64,000 nt of DNA from an uncultured bacterium (GCA_937862565.1 CALMFT010000032.1:3175-67174); one strand, 5' to 3'; counted from the first letter of the stretch, positions 46,216 through 60,290 are shown. The notes: generated from the sequence alone by a model not told the origin. Numbers and translations: made by a program.

Positions 46216-49200
46216 TTATTCTTCATTATACAAAGTGTAAGTTATCGTAAATGTATATGTTCAAATACTTGTATAGGCTGGGATAAGAAGTTTGATATTC
46301 AACTTAGCGCCATATACTCAAGGAATATTATTGTTTATTCCACTTGGGCGATAGATAAAGTTGTATATACTATCTCATGGCTGATATGTTGCCAATCCTG
46401 TGTTGAGTAAAACATTTGGGTTTGGGAATCAAGAAATATTTTGTAGTCATCCAGTAGTTTGGACTTGTATATTAGAGTTACTCAAAACGTTAGCATTTGA
46501 TCATGATAGATCAGTAAATTCTAAGGTAGTGTAATATCAAGTATCACTAGCTTTTTCGTCATTCAGTTCAAAATAATCTGTATCAAAACTAATCTCTTGA
46601 TCGTAACCATGCGCTTGTATAACTCCACTATAGATAAAATCTGGTGCTGTAATACATAGCTTGTCTGCCGGTGTGTATTGGATATTGATATATCAAGTTG
46701 CGATATTGGACATTCCTCAACTTCCATCTGTTACTTGGTAGGTAAAACTATCCATCCCGATAAATCCAGTATTCGGTGTATATAAGAATCATCAACTACT
46801 ATAAAGAGTTATAGTTCCTGAAAGCGTTCACAGCACAAGCGAGACAGTATAAGGTCAGTTTATAATTTTTCAGCTTATATAGTCTATATCTATATCATTT
46901 GAAGCTACTCCAGAAAGCACAGATATCAATAATCAGGTGTTTGGTTCGCCATAATAATTATCATTAATTGCTGTTGGCAAATCATTGATACATGTTACTG
47001 TAATCTGCACAGTGCCTGTGTTTGAATGAGAAAAATCATCATATGCTACATAAGAAAAGTTATCCACTCCACAATAGTCGGGATCAGGTTCATACAATAT
47101 TCCAGTTGTTCAATAAAACGATATTGTACCATGAAGTGGGGAACCAAAAGTTTCTATTGGTCATAGATAGAGCGGATCTCAATCAGGATCATAATCATTT
47201 GCCAAGATATATACTACTCAAGTTCCATCCTCATTGATAGTTCAAGTATCATTAACAGCAACTGGAGATGTATTTGGACAAAGGACGGTGACAGAAACTG
47301 TTGCTGGAGATATACTTAACTTCCCACTAGAGTCCACTAGAGAATAGGTAAAATTATCAATTCCACATCCTGTTCATGTTGGTACATATCGATTATTACC
47401 TCAGCTCATTATAATTGTTCCCAGACTTGGAGTACTCATTCCTGTAAAGGTAAATGATTGACCTGTGTTTGGGTCATAATCATTTCAAGTAAGTTGAAGT
47501 GAAACAGGAATGGCGTTTGGTGTTGAGAAAGAATCATTTATTGCGACAGGAGCAAGATTACTACAAGGAACAGTAATCGTAACCACTCATGTATTTGATA
47601 TATAAGTTCCAGTCGATCAATCAGTAGGTGTTTGTCATACATATTGAACAAAAGGTGTTCTCAAAGATCTAGTTGTTGTAAGAGTAGTTAAAACATTTCA
47701 TCCACGAGATAAACTATTTACTGGAGAAACATAACCATAAAATGTATTTAAACTATAAGCCGCTGGATAACTTGTTGTTGTCGTAATAATATTTGATTCT
47801 TTGTATATAAAATAACCTCTTGTGTTTGCAACTGAAGCAACTCAAGTTGATAAGTTTACTCAGGTTGAACCTGTTCCGTAGCCATTGTATAATTTTAATT
47901 GGACCGCTGCTGTTCCATTGGTTTGGAATGAAGCAGCATAAACAAGTTTTCATACAGGTATGGAATTTATACTTGGCTCTACTGTGTTATTGCCAAACGC
48001 AAGAGTAGATAATCAGGTATTTGCTGCGCCATACAAGCTTACTTGAGACATAGCAGTTATATCATTATATTCACTTTGTGTAATTGATACCCACGTTTTA
48101 GTTCCTGCACTATTATAGTTTGTCAAACTTGAACTCAATTTTGAAGCTGCCGCCTCATTTCATTTATAGAAATAGTCATCCTCTATTTTATATGTAAAAC
48201 TTGTAGTTCCACAAAATCATGGTTCAGGTACAAATTTTACTTTGTTTCAGGATATAGTTACACTACCACTCAGTGGTTGAGATAGTCAGGTTATTGTTGC
48301 TCATGAACTTAAATTTACATCATTATTTAGAACAGATATCAAACCTGAAGTGTTTTCTGCCACTGAACCAGTATCGTCAAGAGCTGTCGGTTTATCACAG
48401 TTTACGGTAATACTAATTGTTCCTGTATTTGAGATATAACTAGCTATCGATGAATCACTCGTTGCCAAGCCCTGTAGTTTGAATAGATACGGGTATAAAT
48501 TTGATACGCTTGTAGTGTTTCATGGGCTGTATCTACTCCATGATTGTGGCGACCCAACTAAACTCGACGCAGCAACCATATTGGAATTTTGATACATACC
48601 TAGTGCTCAATTCGTAGCGATATTCTTATCAGCTCATTTAAGAATATAATAAGCATCTTGACCAACGCCTGTAGAGACTAATCATGGTAATTGATTTCAA
48701 ATAGTCTGACCAGAAGTGTATGCAGAATTAAATAATTTAACTAATGATCAGCTAGTGTAAGTTTTAACTGCTTGTGTTTTAAATCTTATAGCATAAATAT
48801 AATTATTTGCTGGCACTGCAAATCCCTGATAGCTTGAAATGCTACCTGATCACAAAGCCATCGTATATCAAACCGCTCATCGTGCATATTGTGAAGCATT
48901 CATAATATCGGCATTAGCTCCTACAGTAACAGTATTGGTAACTCATGTTGATAATGAATTATACTCTGAAAATGTGATTTGTACCCAGTCTCACACGCTT
49001 GCATTTCTATATCAAGTCTTACTACTTACCAAAGAATTTTCAATCGTTCACGGTTCATTTTGTAATTGGTAGTTTATCTTTTCTGTCCCACAGAATCCTT
49101 TAGATGGTTGATAGCTAACATTTCTTCATGATAAGCTCATAATTCAATTTTGAGCACCAGTCAAATTTATAATTTTTGTACCCGTAATAACCAATAAATC

Positions 49201-52200
49201 ATTTACTGTAGGATCAAAGTTGAAAATTTGATTTTCTGTCCCGCTTAATAAATCATCAACCGCAACTGGTTTACAAACCACAAGCACATCTACTGTGCCT
49301 GTATTGGACAAAAAGGTTCAATCAGTCACTCGGTACTTGAAAGTATCCAGACCACAAAATCAAGAATTTGGAGTATATTCAATACCGGTTCAAATTACTG
49401 TCAAAGTTCAGCCACTTCAAGCTATAAATCAAGAAATAGATAAGGTATCCCCAACATTGTAATCAAAATCATTATTTAATACTTTTATTATGGAGCTTTG
49501 AGTTGATCAAATTGTTACATTGTCATTTATGGCGACAGGAGCAACATTAACAAGAGCACATGATTTAATGCTATTGCTTGTCGTGAATCCTGTAACTAAA
49601 ACTGGTGTTGGTCTATTGATAAGGGTGCCGTCACCAATTTCTCCGTAAGTATTTCTTCCTCGGCAAGCCAATTGTCAGTCAGAGGTTACGCCACAAGTAT
49701 GAAGAGTTCCTACGCTTATCTTAGAAAAACGAAGAGTAGTATTTACAGAGACAAGACCAGTGCTACTCAATGCCGTGCCACCTCCAAGCTGATTATTGGT
49801 TCATAATCCTCGACAATATGCTTTTCAAGTTTTTGTAAGAGCACAGGTATAATTATTTCATGCCTGTATATCCATAATGCCTGTTAAACCTAGAACAGAA
49901 GTAGATACTGGACTTGTTTGAGTAATAGTATTACCATTTCATAAAGCTCCATTGGTATTTGCTCATCGACATTTTGCGGTGCCATTGTTTAGCAATACAC
50001 AACTATGTGTGTTTCATACAGATAAAGAAATTGCATTGTTTATTCCAGTGACCTGCGTAGGTAAAGCATTGGATGCGGTTACAGGAGTTCCATCACCTCT
50101 CATTCAGTTAGCATCACTACCCTGACATCGAACAGTGCCACTAAAAGTAAGAGCACACGCAAAAGCTGAACCAGCTTGGACTTTTTTTATCATTCCAATT
50201 CAAGTGAAAACGTCTATAGGTATTCATGTATCGGCTGCTGTATTCTGTCTAATTATATAGTTTGCTCCTTCTCACCAGCATTTTGCAGCACCATTGTTAA
50301 AAATACCACAAAAAGTCTGAGATAATGAGCTAGAAGAAAGATCAAAAATATTGTTCCCAGATACTATACCTACAGGTGTTGACTTTACAACATTGGTGTT
50401 ATCTCAAAGCTGTCTGTTAGCATTATATCACCAAGACTTACCTATTCCACTATTCGAAATGGCAACACTAGAACGATAATTCATAGCTATTTCAAAAATT
50501 CATGACGTCAGACCAATTGTCTGAGTAGGTACCGATTTGGATGTAGATCAGCCATCTCCGATAGCAGGATATGCTGCAGTTTCATATCATCGACATTTTG
50601 TACTTCAAGATGAAGTAATTGCACAAGTATTATATTGTGCGAGACTTACGCTATCGATTTCTTTACAGTCATTGTAAGTGTTTTCACAAGGAACATATAC
50701 CTGTATTGATCCTGTGTTAGATATAAATCAGCTTTTATAAAGTATTTTATAATTAAAATTGTCAGTGCCACAGAATCAAATATTTGGAGTGTAAGTAATT
50801 AATCATTGATTGTTGTAAGTAATGTTACCATTTGAAGGTCATACAATTCAGGTGAAAATAATATTTCCAGAAATAGCTGATATATTACCTGATTTCACAA
50901 TCTGCAAGGTTGTTGCTGTGTTTTGATGAGTATAGATATAATCATTAAAAACATAACCAGATAATATAGGCGGAGTATAGTTAGTATTTCTAGCCCAAAG
51001 ATTAAACGGTCTAATTTGAGCTTGGTTAAATTTTAAAGTTGCAGATGATCATGGAATCCAATAAGCTCAGTTCGCATTACCACAGAGTTGGACTATAGCA
51101 TTATTGAGTCTCGGTACTGCAGTGTTACAGGTTGCTCATACAAAACTAGTCATAATTGCTGCTGCGCCAGTCCATGCAGCATTATCCAAAAGTCATCTAT
51201 GTACTGGTGCATAATTACGAAAGTTTGTCAGAACAGTGGGATTAGTAGTCGTTACAGACCATCAACTATTTGTCTCATTTATCATGAGTTGACTGAGATC
51301 AAATTGACTAGTCACTCAAGATGATATTATTTTATCAGATTGCAAAGTCATTCATGTGACTATACCATATACAACCCCGGTCCCATTTAAATTATTCTCT
51401 GAAGCAACCAATAGCCATCATCCTGGAATTACTATACTATCAAAACTCTTACCGCTAAGATTGAAATAATATGTTCAAGTTGTTGTTACTCAAGAAGCAG
51501 CATACAGTGAGGTAAATGGATTTCCTAAACTACCATCTCCAAAGAATGAAGGAAAGTATGAAAAAGTAAAAGTAGAAGCGCCACAGGTATAAAATGTAAT
51601 TTTATGATTCAATACTTTTACACTATCTATCTGGTCTACTGAGCTTACTGATCAATTTTGATTACAGTTGGCTTCAGGATTGGCAGTTAATCAAACTATA
51701 CCAGGATCTGATTCTCACTCATGTTGTACTTTTAGATCTACAACCGCTCCTTCCATACCTTCATCAACATCAAAATTGATTATTACTGGTTTTGAGAATA
51801 TAAGATGTTCACCCTCAATACCAAATTCAAAACTATAAGAAAACGCACTATCAATTTGATCAGAGTTTAGTTTAATTAATACATCTTTTGTTAATTTTAA
51901 TGCTTTCAAATCAACTGCTTCATCCAATTGAGATTCTTCAATATTAATACCAAATTTTTCAAGCTCAAGTTTATTTGTACTTTTGGTATCAATTTCTAAA
52001 TCTCAAGGTAATGTTATAGATAAATGTTCATCATCGCTAGACAATTCAATTTCCTTATTTGTATGAAGCGAATCAATATCATTTTTTTGAACTGATCAAT
52101 CTTTAGAATACTTTATTAAATCTCACTTAATTTGTTTAATAAACTGCTTACTATCTATTTTCACCTTATATTCTCAGATTATTTTTAATTGTTCATTATT

Positions 52201-53106
52201 TTTCAAATACTGTTCTCTATACTCATCTAGACTAAGTTTATTTTTACTTACTATACGCACTCCATCAACTACATATCGTTTGTCATCATCTCACTTTAAA
52301 ATTGTAAATCTATGTCCTTGATATGCAATTTCCTTATATTTAGCCTCTTTAAAAGCTATAATATCAAAAACAGTATTATCATTTTTATTATAACTTTCAT
52401 CCAATGCAGAAATAAATTTTTCAGGGTTTTCTTTTACTGAATCATAATTTACTAAATCAGTATATTGAGCCCAAAGATCTATCGCATCTCATCTGGGTAT
52501 ATTTTTTAATCAAGTTACTTTACTAATATACAAATATGTATCATATGAACAAAAAGTCATAGAATTATTTTCCCTATAAGTTCTGAATGGAAATACAGAC
52601 GATAGATTAACTTTCCCATTTTCATCAAAACGTGTATTTATAAATGGTTTGATGGTAACTATCTTTCAAGAAATTTCTTCATCTGTTCATGAAATGGATC
52701 AAAATTCTCATATGCTTTCTTCACTTATTCAGTCATTATTATTAGTTTTACTATCATTTTCACTTCAAGTTTGTGTCATTTGAAAATTATATAATACTCA
52801 AATTCACTGATTTACTTGATTCAAGATTTCTCAATTCATCAATACACTTTCTGAGTTTATTTTTGTTTCTTCACTTGTCTTAATTTTATCTCACAAGTTT
52901 TCTGATTGTTGCTCAAGTTGTGAATCAAATAGCGCTCAAGATGGCTCAGTTGTTTTTTGTATATCAGAAAAACTATTTTGCTGTTTATATGCTTCTATCT
53001 CAGCATCATTTAAATATATATCTAAATAATCTGAAAAAATAGGAGTATAATTGAAACAGTTTATCGTAAACAAAAAAACAAACATAAAGTTGAGTTTCTT
53101 GAACAT
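46216..53106 (-). CDS. giant secreted surface protein (2296 aa): signal peptide, ~900-aa N-terminal region without recognised domains, RCC1-like repeats, cadherin-like/Ig-like domains
   Basis: I translated it codon by codon in one frame from ATG at 53106 (MFKKLNFMFVFLFTINC...) to TAA at 46216, with no TAA/TAG and more than 100 in-frame TGA codons. The RCC1-like repeats (about 49600-50650) read C[W/CGA]G.N..GQLGDG....P. At least 5 modules read NDxxDP.G....GT...YTP..GFCG.D.F.Y.V.D...SNTG.V.I.V.C. Only track ORF 51715-51927 overlaps it. Confidence 0.75.
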
Positions 53107-53273
53107 TATTATATTACAAGTGTTAGAACATTAAATTGCATTCCAGTTTATAGTATATAGGAAATTTCTTAATAAGCTAAAAAATACGCTACAATAGAGT
53201 ATTGTGATTTACTATTATTTGACAAAATAAAAATTTATAAACATAATACTGCTATATTAAACTCGCTAAATCA

Positions 53274-53310
53274 TAAATAAAAAAAACGCCATAGAATTTA
53301 TCTATAGCGT
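53274..53310 (-). terminator. rho-independent terminator after the M23 peptidase gene
   Basis: On the minus strand: ACGCTATAG-ataaatt-CTATGGCGT followed by a T-run. Confidence 0.65.
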
Positions 53311-53338
53311 ATTTTGATAATTTGAAAATATAATTAAA

Positions 53339-54610
53339 TTATGATTTTACCGAAGTTTGATGGATCCCGATTGTTTCATTTCCAAGTTTTACAGTAATAA
53401 CATCATCTCCAACTTTATCGCCATACAAAATTACTGTTTTTTCTCCTCATTCTACATAATCTATAAGTCCTCCTCCTATTCAGACTATCTTATTTTTACT
53501 AACAAAAGATAGCTCTTTATTTAGGTAACCTTCATATGGTTTACCATCTTTACTTACCGCGATAGTAATATACGCTTTACCTTCATAAGCTATTGATTCC
53601 TTCTCATCTCTTTGTAAATCAACAATTTTAATTACATACGGACTTTCATCAATTTCAAATATTTTCTGATTTATGATACGATCCGCATTTTTTTGAGCAG
53701 TTGCGACGTAGATCAAAGGTTGTGGATTCTGTTTAACTTCAACAGGAATATCTTGTTTTGTAGTAAGATCTTTATTTATCTCTTTTACTTCTTTTGTGGG
53801 TTCAGAAGGTTTAGTACTGTTTGTGGAAGCTAAAAGAGCACTTCAGATTATTGCTTATTTTTTGGCAACTGCTGCTCTCGCTATCTCCATAGATTTGTCT
53901 AAATTTCAATTCAATTCTATAAATAAAATCGGATCAATGGTATTTTTTGCTAAAAGATCTCTACATACACCATTTTGAACAGCACTCATATATCCTGATT
54001 TACAATCAGAATATGCATATGGATAATTTTTTTGCTTAGTAGTAGTAATAGCAAAATCAAGATGATAACCAAATGGTCAGATCGTGAAACCTGATTTACC
54101 AACTTCTCCAATGAGTTGTTTTTCTTTTACTGTATCACCTTTTTGTATTAATATTTTACTCAAATGAGAGTAGGAGCTCCATATTTTTTTACCGTTTCAT
54201 AAATCATGTTCTACAGTCACAGAATTTCCATATCCTGCTAATTCTCCAGCAAATATTACTTTACCTTCTCAAATAGCAGTAACAGGAGTACCTTCGGCAG
54301 TAGCAATATCAGTGCTAGGCGCACCACCATTATTGAGATCCCAGCCATCATTGTATGAACCACCCCAAATATCAGAATAGATTACTTGCGTGTTCCAATC
54401 CTTAGCATAATTCGCATAATTTGCTTGCGCTATAATAGGTAAATTCATCTTACAATCATCATTGAGCGTAGACCAATTTACTGATTTACATTCAGCTCTA
54501 GGCTTTGTAACTTGATCAAGAGGGTAACTCCAACCTTGCGAAACTGAAGTTCCTACAAGTAAGGCTACAGCACAAGACAATACAACTGTTTTCTTAAATC
54601 ATAATACCAT
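53339..54610 (-). CDS. secreted M23/LytM-family peptidoglycan metalloendopeptidase
   Basis: Pieces 54269-54580 and 53480-53716 share a frame. A signal peptide is present, as are DIATAEGTPVTAI[TGA]EGKV...YGNSVTVEH...SYSHLS...GEVGKSGFTI[TGA]PFGYHLDF (the HxxxD/HxH-type M23 motifs). Confidence 0.8.
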
Positions 54611-54754
54611 AATAAGATGATAATTTATAAAATGTCAATAATAACTCTAATATAATACATATAATTTATGTATTTGTCAAGTATTTTAATGACTTTTATT
54701 CAATAATCGAAATAAATGCCCTGTAAATGTCTCAATTATTAAGTAAAATAGGCT

Positions 54755-56146
54755 ATGAAAAGACATTCTTGCAAATCTAATCGATGAGAAAATGAAGTAC
54801 TTGGTGAGGTAGATTTAACTTCTCCAGAAGAACTTATTTCGATTCTCAAAAAATCTAAAAAGGCATTTACAATATGGTCGACAGTTAGTACATGAGAAAG
54901 AGTTCAGACTATTTCATCTTTTTTGGAAATATACAAGGATAATGCTTCAAAATTGGCGATAAATATCTCCAAAGAAATAGGAAAACCATTGTCGCAAGCC
55001 ATGAGTGATATAGATTATGATATTGCATACTTACAACGACATATTGATAATGCAGAAAAAATACTCGACTGTGAGATAGTATTTGAAGATGATACGAGCA
55101 AACATATCCAGTATTTTGAGCCAAAAGGAGTTGCAGCAGTCATTTCTCCACGAAATTTTCCAAGTTCTCAATTTATATGGCAGGTCATTCCTCCACTCTT
55201 AGCTGGTAACACTATTATTTATAAACCTGCTTCCGCTTGTATGCGATCAGCTAAGTTGATAAGTGATTTATTGATATCAGTTTTACCGACCAATACATTT
55301 CAATTGGTACTCGGAGATTCTGAATTGGGTAATAGTCTGGTGCAATTGGAAACAGATATGACAATATTTACAGGATCAAGCGATGTTGGTCACAAAATAT
55401 CTAACATAAACGGAAACTCCATGAAACCTTCTTATCTAGAGCTATGAGGAAACGCTCCTGGTATAGTATTATCTGACGCAATCATAGATAATCAGATGAT
55501 GAATACACTTGATCAGTTTAGAATACAGCATTCAGGACAAATCTGCGATGGGCTGAAAAGACTGTTTGTCCATAGATCAAGATATCATGAGCTTATAGAT
55601 AAGATTAAAATTACATTTTCTGATTATAATATAGGAAATCCTTTAGATAAGAATACTCATATTGGATGCCTCATCAATACTACTGCTTATGATAAGATTC
55701 AAAAATCTTTGGATGATGTCAGTATGCAGTGAGTAGATATAATATCCTTATGAAAATATGATAATACTGTTGGTCCATTTATTCCTTTTGCATTATTATT
55801 AAATCCTGAAAATAATGATGTCTTGAGTAAAAGTGTATTTATGATGGAGGAAATATTTGCTCCTATTCTTCCTATCATTGCGTTTGACACTATAGAAGAG
55901 GCTATACAAATGGCAAATGATAGTAAATTTGGTTTGGGATGATATGTTCGATGATCAGATAATCAGATTATTAATTCACTTTGCAAACAACTACGTACAT
56001 GAAATATCAATATAAATAACACAAATTATGTATTACCTCAGATACCTTTTGGCGGATACACGAGGATGTCAGGTAATTTTAGAGAGCATGGAAAGACAGG
56101 ATTGAGAGATTATACAGAAACCAAAATCCTTAGTATGCCAAAATAA
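54755..56146 (+). CDS. NAD(P)-dependent aldehyde dehydrogenase
   Basis: Pieces 54923-55447 and 55496-55732 share a frame. ISP[CGA]NFP (consensus PWNFP), LEL[TGA]GNAP (ELGGNAP), the catalytic GQICDG, EEIFAPIL and FGLG[TGA]YV are present. Confidence 0.85.
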
Positions 56147-56180
56147 ATCACTAATCAATTTAATTTAAACAATCAAAATA

Positions 56181-57491
56181 ATGCAATATCATAATCATCG
56201 AGAGACTACCCTATTAGAAAACCCTATCCCTCTTAGCCCAATCTTAGACAAAGATATTCATTGTGATTTTTTAATAGTCTGAGGAGGTGTGGCGGGTTTA
56301 CACAGTGCTTTAGAGCTTATCAAGCAATGAGTTGATGCAAGTAGCATCGTGTTGGTAGAAAAAACAATCTGTGGCGGCGGTATGTCTGGTAGAAGTGGAT
56401 GATTCTTGACTCCAGATAGCGAGCTTGGTTTGAGAGCTTTAGAAAAGAGATTTGGAGATATGGTTGCCAAGAAAATTTGGGATTTTGGTTCCAAAGGTGA
56501 AGAAAGCATTGTCAATAATGTTCATAATCTCAAACTGCATTGTGATCTGAGAAACCAAGATAGTATGTTATTGTGAGTAGGTATGATGGGAAAAGATGCA
56601 TGCAAAGAAGAAGATGAAGGAAGAAAAAAGTTTGGCTTTGATAGTGATTTTATCAAGTCTTCAAAAGATTTAAAAAAATATATAAGCTGAAAAAATTATA
56701 CAGCGGGAGTGAGATATGAGAATAGTTTTGGTATTTCAGCTTTCCAATACTGCCAATGACTCAAAGCCCATCTTATATCTTTATGAGTAAATATTTATGA
56801 ACAGACGCATATAGATACTATCAATGATAAAACAGCCTTAACAGATACGAACACCATAAGCTTCAAACAATCTTTTTTATGCCCAGGGAAAGTCACTAAA
56901 GAACTCTCTGCTTCAAAATCAAAATTATTGTATGGCGTAGTAAACTTTATCTGTGTGAGTGAGCCTTTGAGCGAGGAACAAATACAAGAAATGATGCCAA
57001 ACGGCGAACTTATGTGTCGAGATACCAAACTTGTTTTCAATTACTATAGACTTATAGAGTGAAATAGAATTATTTTGGGATGAGGAAATCCAATAAGTTC
57101 ATTTTTACCTTGGGATGTACACTACGAAAGTTCTATTCTCTCTACTATAAAAGATTTCAAAAAAACCTTTCCTTGTCTGAAGGAACTTGAGTTTATGGAA
57201 TACTGGTCAGGAAGAATTCAAGTAAGCAAAGATCTTATGCCAATTATTGATCTGTGTCATATCTATGATAATCAGATACGAGTGCTATGATGTGCCGGAT
57301 TACCACGAGCCGCAGCCTGTGGAGAATTTGCTGTAAAAAGATACTTTGGGAATCATGATTCAGATCTTGAAAAAGTATTCTGCGAAAAAAGAAAACGATT
57401 CATTCCACGATTTCCTACTCAGAAAATTCTCAAATCCATCTTCTTTGCTCTTTCCAATGCCTGGAGTATGTTCTTCCAAAAAGGTTATTAA
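56181..57491 (+). CDS. FAD-dependent oxidoreductase (DAO family)
   Basis: It is absent from the ORF track because of many TGA codons. The dinucleotide-binding motif is DFLIV[TGA]GGVAGL. Further motifs are RLIE[TGA]NRIIL[TGA]GG and GCAGLP[CGA]AAACG. Confidence 0.65.
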
Positions 57492-57506
57492 TTCAAATCT
57501 CTACTC

Positions 57507-58016
57507 ATGCAAACCAAGATTATCACCGTAAATGATAAGATGCAAACTAACTATATTTATGAATGCACCGAGACCATGGGTAAAAACTTTGATGAAAGGT
57601 TCCACCCCGATCTTAGCCCTGCACAGATGCTGGAAGCAGGCGTGTTTTGAGGTAAATACATGACAGATTGCCAGAATGAATTTCCAGCAGATCGGTTTAC
57701 CAATGCTAAACTTTCCCCACTCAAGAAAAACCCCAAGCTCAATTTCTTTGGGGTAAATGCTTCCATGTCTCTTCGTGATTGGAAGAAAAAATGACGAATA
57801 TATGCAGATGATCCCAGAGGTCGATTTCAATGGTATTGTAGATATTATATGGGTCGTAGAATACCTGATGAAGATAATAGACAGATAAAAAGACGATGAA
57901 ATATGAGAAGGCATACGATGGCTATCATGAAAAACTGCCATCCAATGGATTGGGATTGCAGAAAAAGACAAAGACAGGCAGTCTTACATTGGGGATATGA
58001 TTCTAGAAAGATGTAA
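57507..58016 (+). CDS. conserved hypothetical protein (169 aa; FGGKYMTDC / DPRGWFQWYCRYY family)
   Basis: MLEAGVF[TGA]GKYMTDC...FPAD[CGG]F...KK[TGA][CGA]IYADDPRG[CGA]FQWYCRYYMGRR...IKR[CGA]. From memory, it resembles a widespread uncharacterised family that has Trp at the bracketed CGA/CGG positions. Confidence 0.55.
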
Positions 58017-58955
58017 TTACTTAATCCACTCTTTCAAAGATTCTCTGATTTTCTTTATCTTAGGGTCAATCACAATCTGACAATAAGGTTTGCTGCTATT
58101 CTGATTATAAAAATCTTGATGATATCCTTCTGCTATCCAGAAATTTTCAGCAGCTTTGATGTGAGTAACAATAGCCTCTTCATAGGTATCTTTATTGAGT
58201 TGAGTTACTTTTGTATCAATAGTTTTCTTTTGTTCAGGAGTGGTATAGAAAATCACTGATCTATATTGTTCACCGCTATCACCGCCCTGTTTATCCATAC
58301 TTGTAGGATCGTGACTAATGAAAAATCCATCCAATAAGATATCTAATGGAATAATCTGAGGATTGTAAGTGACTTGAACTACTTCTATATGTCCAGAAAC
58401 TCCAGTACTCACCTGCTCATAACTAGGATATTCTCTTTTCCCGCCCATATATCCAGATTTTACCTCTATTACTCCTAGAAATTGTTGGAATACTGCTTCA
58501 ATACACCAGAAACATCCACCTCAAAAGTAAATAGTTTCACGTGGAGCGTGTAGATCTTGAGCAATTGGGTTAGCTTCAAAAAACTCTTTTTCCTTTTCTT
58601 GAGCTACAAATCTCATGCTCAGAGAGTTTACACAATGACGTGTATTTTGTTCCGTCATGCGTTCTCCCACAAACACGTGTCCAAGATGACCTTCACAGTT
58701 GTGGCAAGTAATCTCCGTTCTATGACCATCTTTATCCGTAGTCCAATCTACTGCTCCAGGGATTGCTTGATCAAAGCTTGGTCGCCCACATCCACTGTCA
58801 AACTTGCTTCCACTATTATACAAGGGAGCATTACATCTACGACATATGAAAATTCCTTCTCTTTTTTCATTCAAGAGTTCTCCTGTTCCTGCACGTTCTG
58901 TACCTTTATCACGAATAATATGTTCTTCTTCCTCTGTGAGTTTATTTCGAGTCAT
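58017..58955 (-). CDS. msrAB: bifunctional methionine sulfoxide reductase MsrB-MsrA fusion
   Basis: Pieces 58521-58955 (MsrB: CxxC...CG[CGA]PSF...RHCVNS) and 58017-58448 (MsrA: [TGA]GGCFWCIE...GYHQDFY) share a frame, joined by TGA at 58521. Confidence 0.85.
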
Positions 58956-59010
58956 AGTATATCTGTAAGAAAATAAATATATCTAGTAACTCAATAATCA
59001 GATTATATTT

Positions 59011-60168
59011 TTATTTTACAAGTGGTTTTTTCATATCAAATACTACTTTTTCTCCTTTACTTACTTTCTCATACCCGAGCTGACCACAGGCTCCTTTGAT
59101 TTTACGTCCACGATTGATACGTGCTGTTACAGTCAATCAAGCACTTTCCAAGATATCTCTAAATTTGAGAATAGACTCTGTAGAAGATTCTTCAAGGTCT
59201 GGCATAGCAGGATTGGGATTGTAAGGAATAAGATTGACATGTGCGCTACGATCTTGGAGTAATCTTCCTAGTTCGTATGCCAAATCTGGGGAGTCTGTCA
59301 TATCTTTGATCATGATGTATTCATAGAAAATTCTGTTTCCCGTAGCATCTGTGTATCTATCTATTGCTGCCATTAGCTTCTCTAAGGTATAATTTTTGGC
59401 AATAGTAGGAATAAGTTTTTCTCTAAGACCTTGATTTGGAGCATGTAAACTCAGAGCCAACGCACAATCAATACCATCTTCTATCAGTTTATCAATACCT
59501 GGAATAATACCTGAAGTACTAATCGTCACATGCCTTTTACCTAGGCTGAGATATTCTTGTTTGAGCATAAAATCGAGACTTGTTTTAACATTATCATAAT
59601 TGAGTAATGGTTCTCCCATACCCATAAATACTACATTTCTAATCTTTCGCCAAGTACCATCTTCTTTCTTACCAAGTTTTGTCTTCAGATAATTATTCAC
59701 CCAGATTATCTGAGCTATCATCTCAGAATACGATAGATTTTTTCAAAATCCAAGCTTTCCTGTTACACAAAAGATACATCCTACCGGACATCCCACTTGA
59801 GAACTAATACAAATAGTCACTCTGTTGAGGTATTTTACCTTTTCTGGTTTTCCTTCGACTTCTTTCTTGTGATAATGATACATCACTACTGTTTCTAAGA
59901 TACTTCAATTGGATAATCTGAATCCTATTTTTGTACTTTCTGGGTTTTCATGTACGCTATCTACTTCAAAAGGCAATATCTCAAATTCTTCTGATAATTT
60001 ATTTCTCAAATCGATCGATAAGGTTGTCATTTCTTGGAAATCAATAACAGAATTCGTAAAAATCTCTGTAAGTATCTGTTTTTGACGAAACGATGGAAGT
60101 TTTTCTTCCTTCATCCAAGCTACCAATGCTTCTTGATCAAATATTGATTTTTTTACTTTTAGGTCCAA
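59011..60168 (-). CDS. rlmN: 23S rRNA/tRNA adenine-C2 methyltransferase RlmN (radical SAM)
   Basis: Pieces 59905-60168 and 59137-59721 share a frame. SFRQKQI, the cluster motif [23 protein letters not shown] and the C-terminus GACGQL are present. TTG start at 60168. Confidence 0.85.
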
Positions 60169-60290
60169 AATCTTTAAACTAACAATATAAATTTACAAAT
60201 CGGAAAATACGTTCTTGTAATGAATTGTAATAAAGATAGTTATTTAAGTTAGTTATTCAATATTATTCATATCGTACGCTAATTTTCAAA

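Noticed and set aside
46216-51700. An apparent 5.5-kb non-coding or pseudogenised desert with no track ORFs.
   Set aside because: It is continuous coding sequence on the minus strand once TGA is read as Gly. No TAA/TAG occurs in frame.
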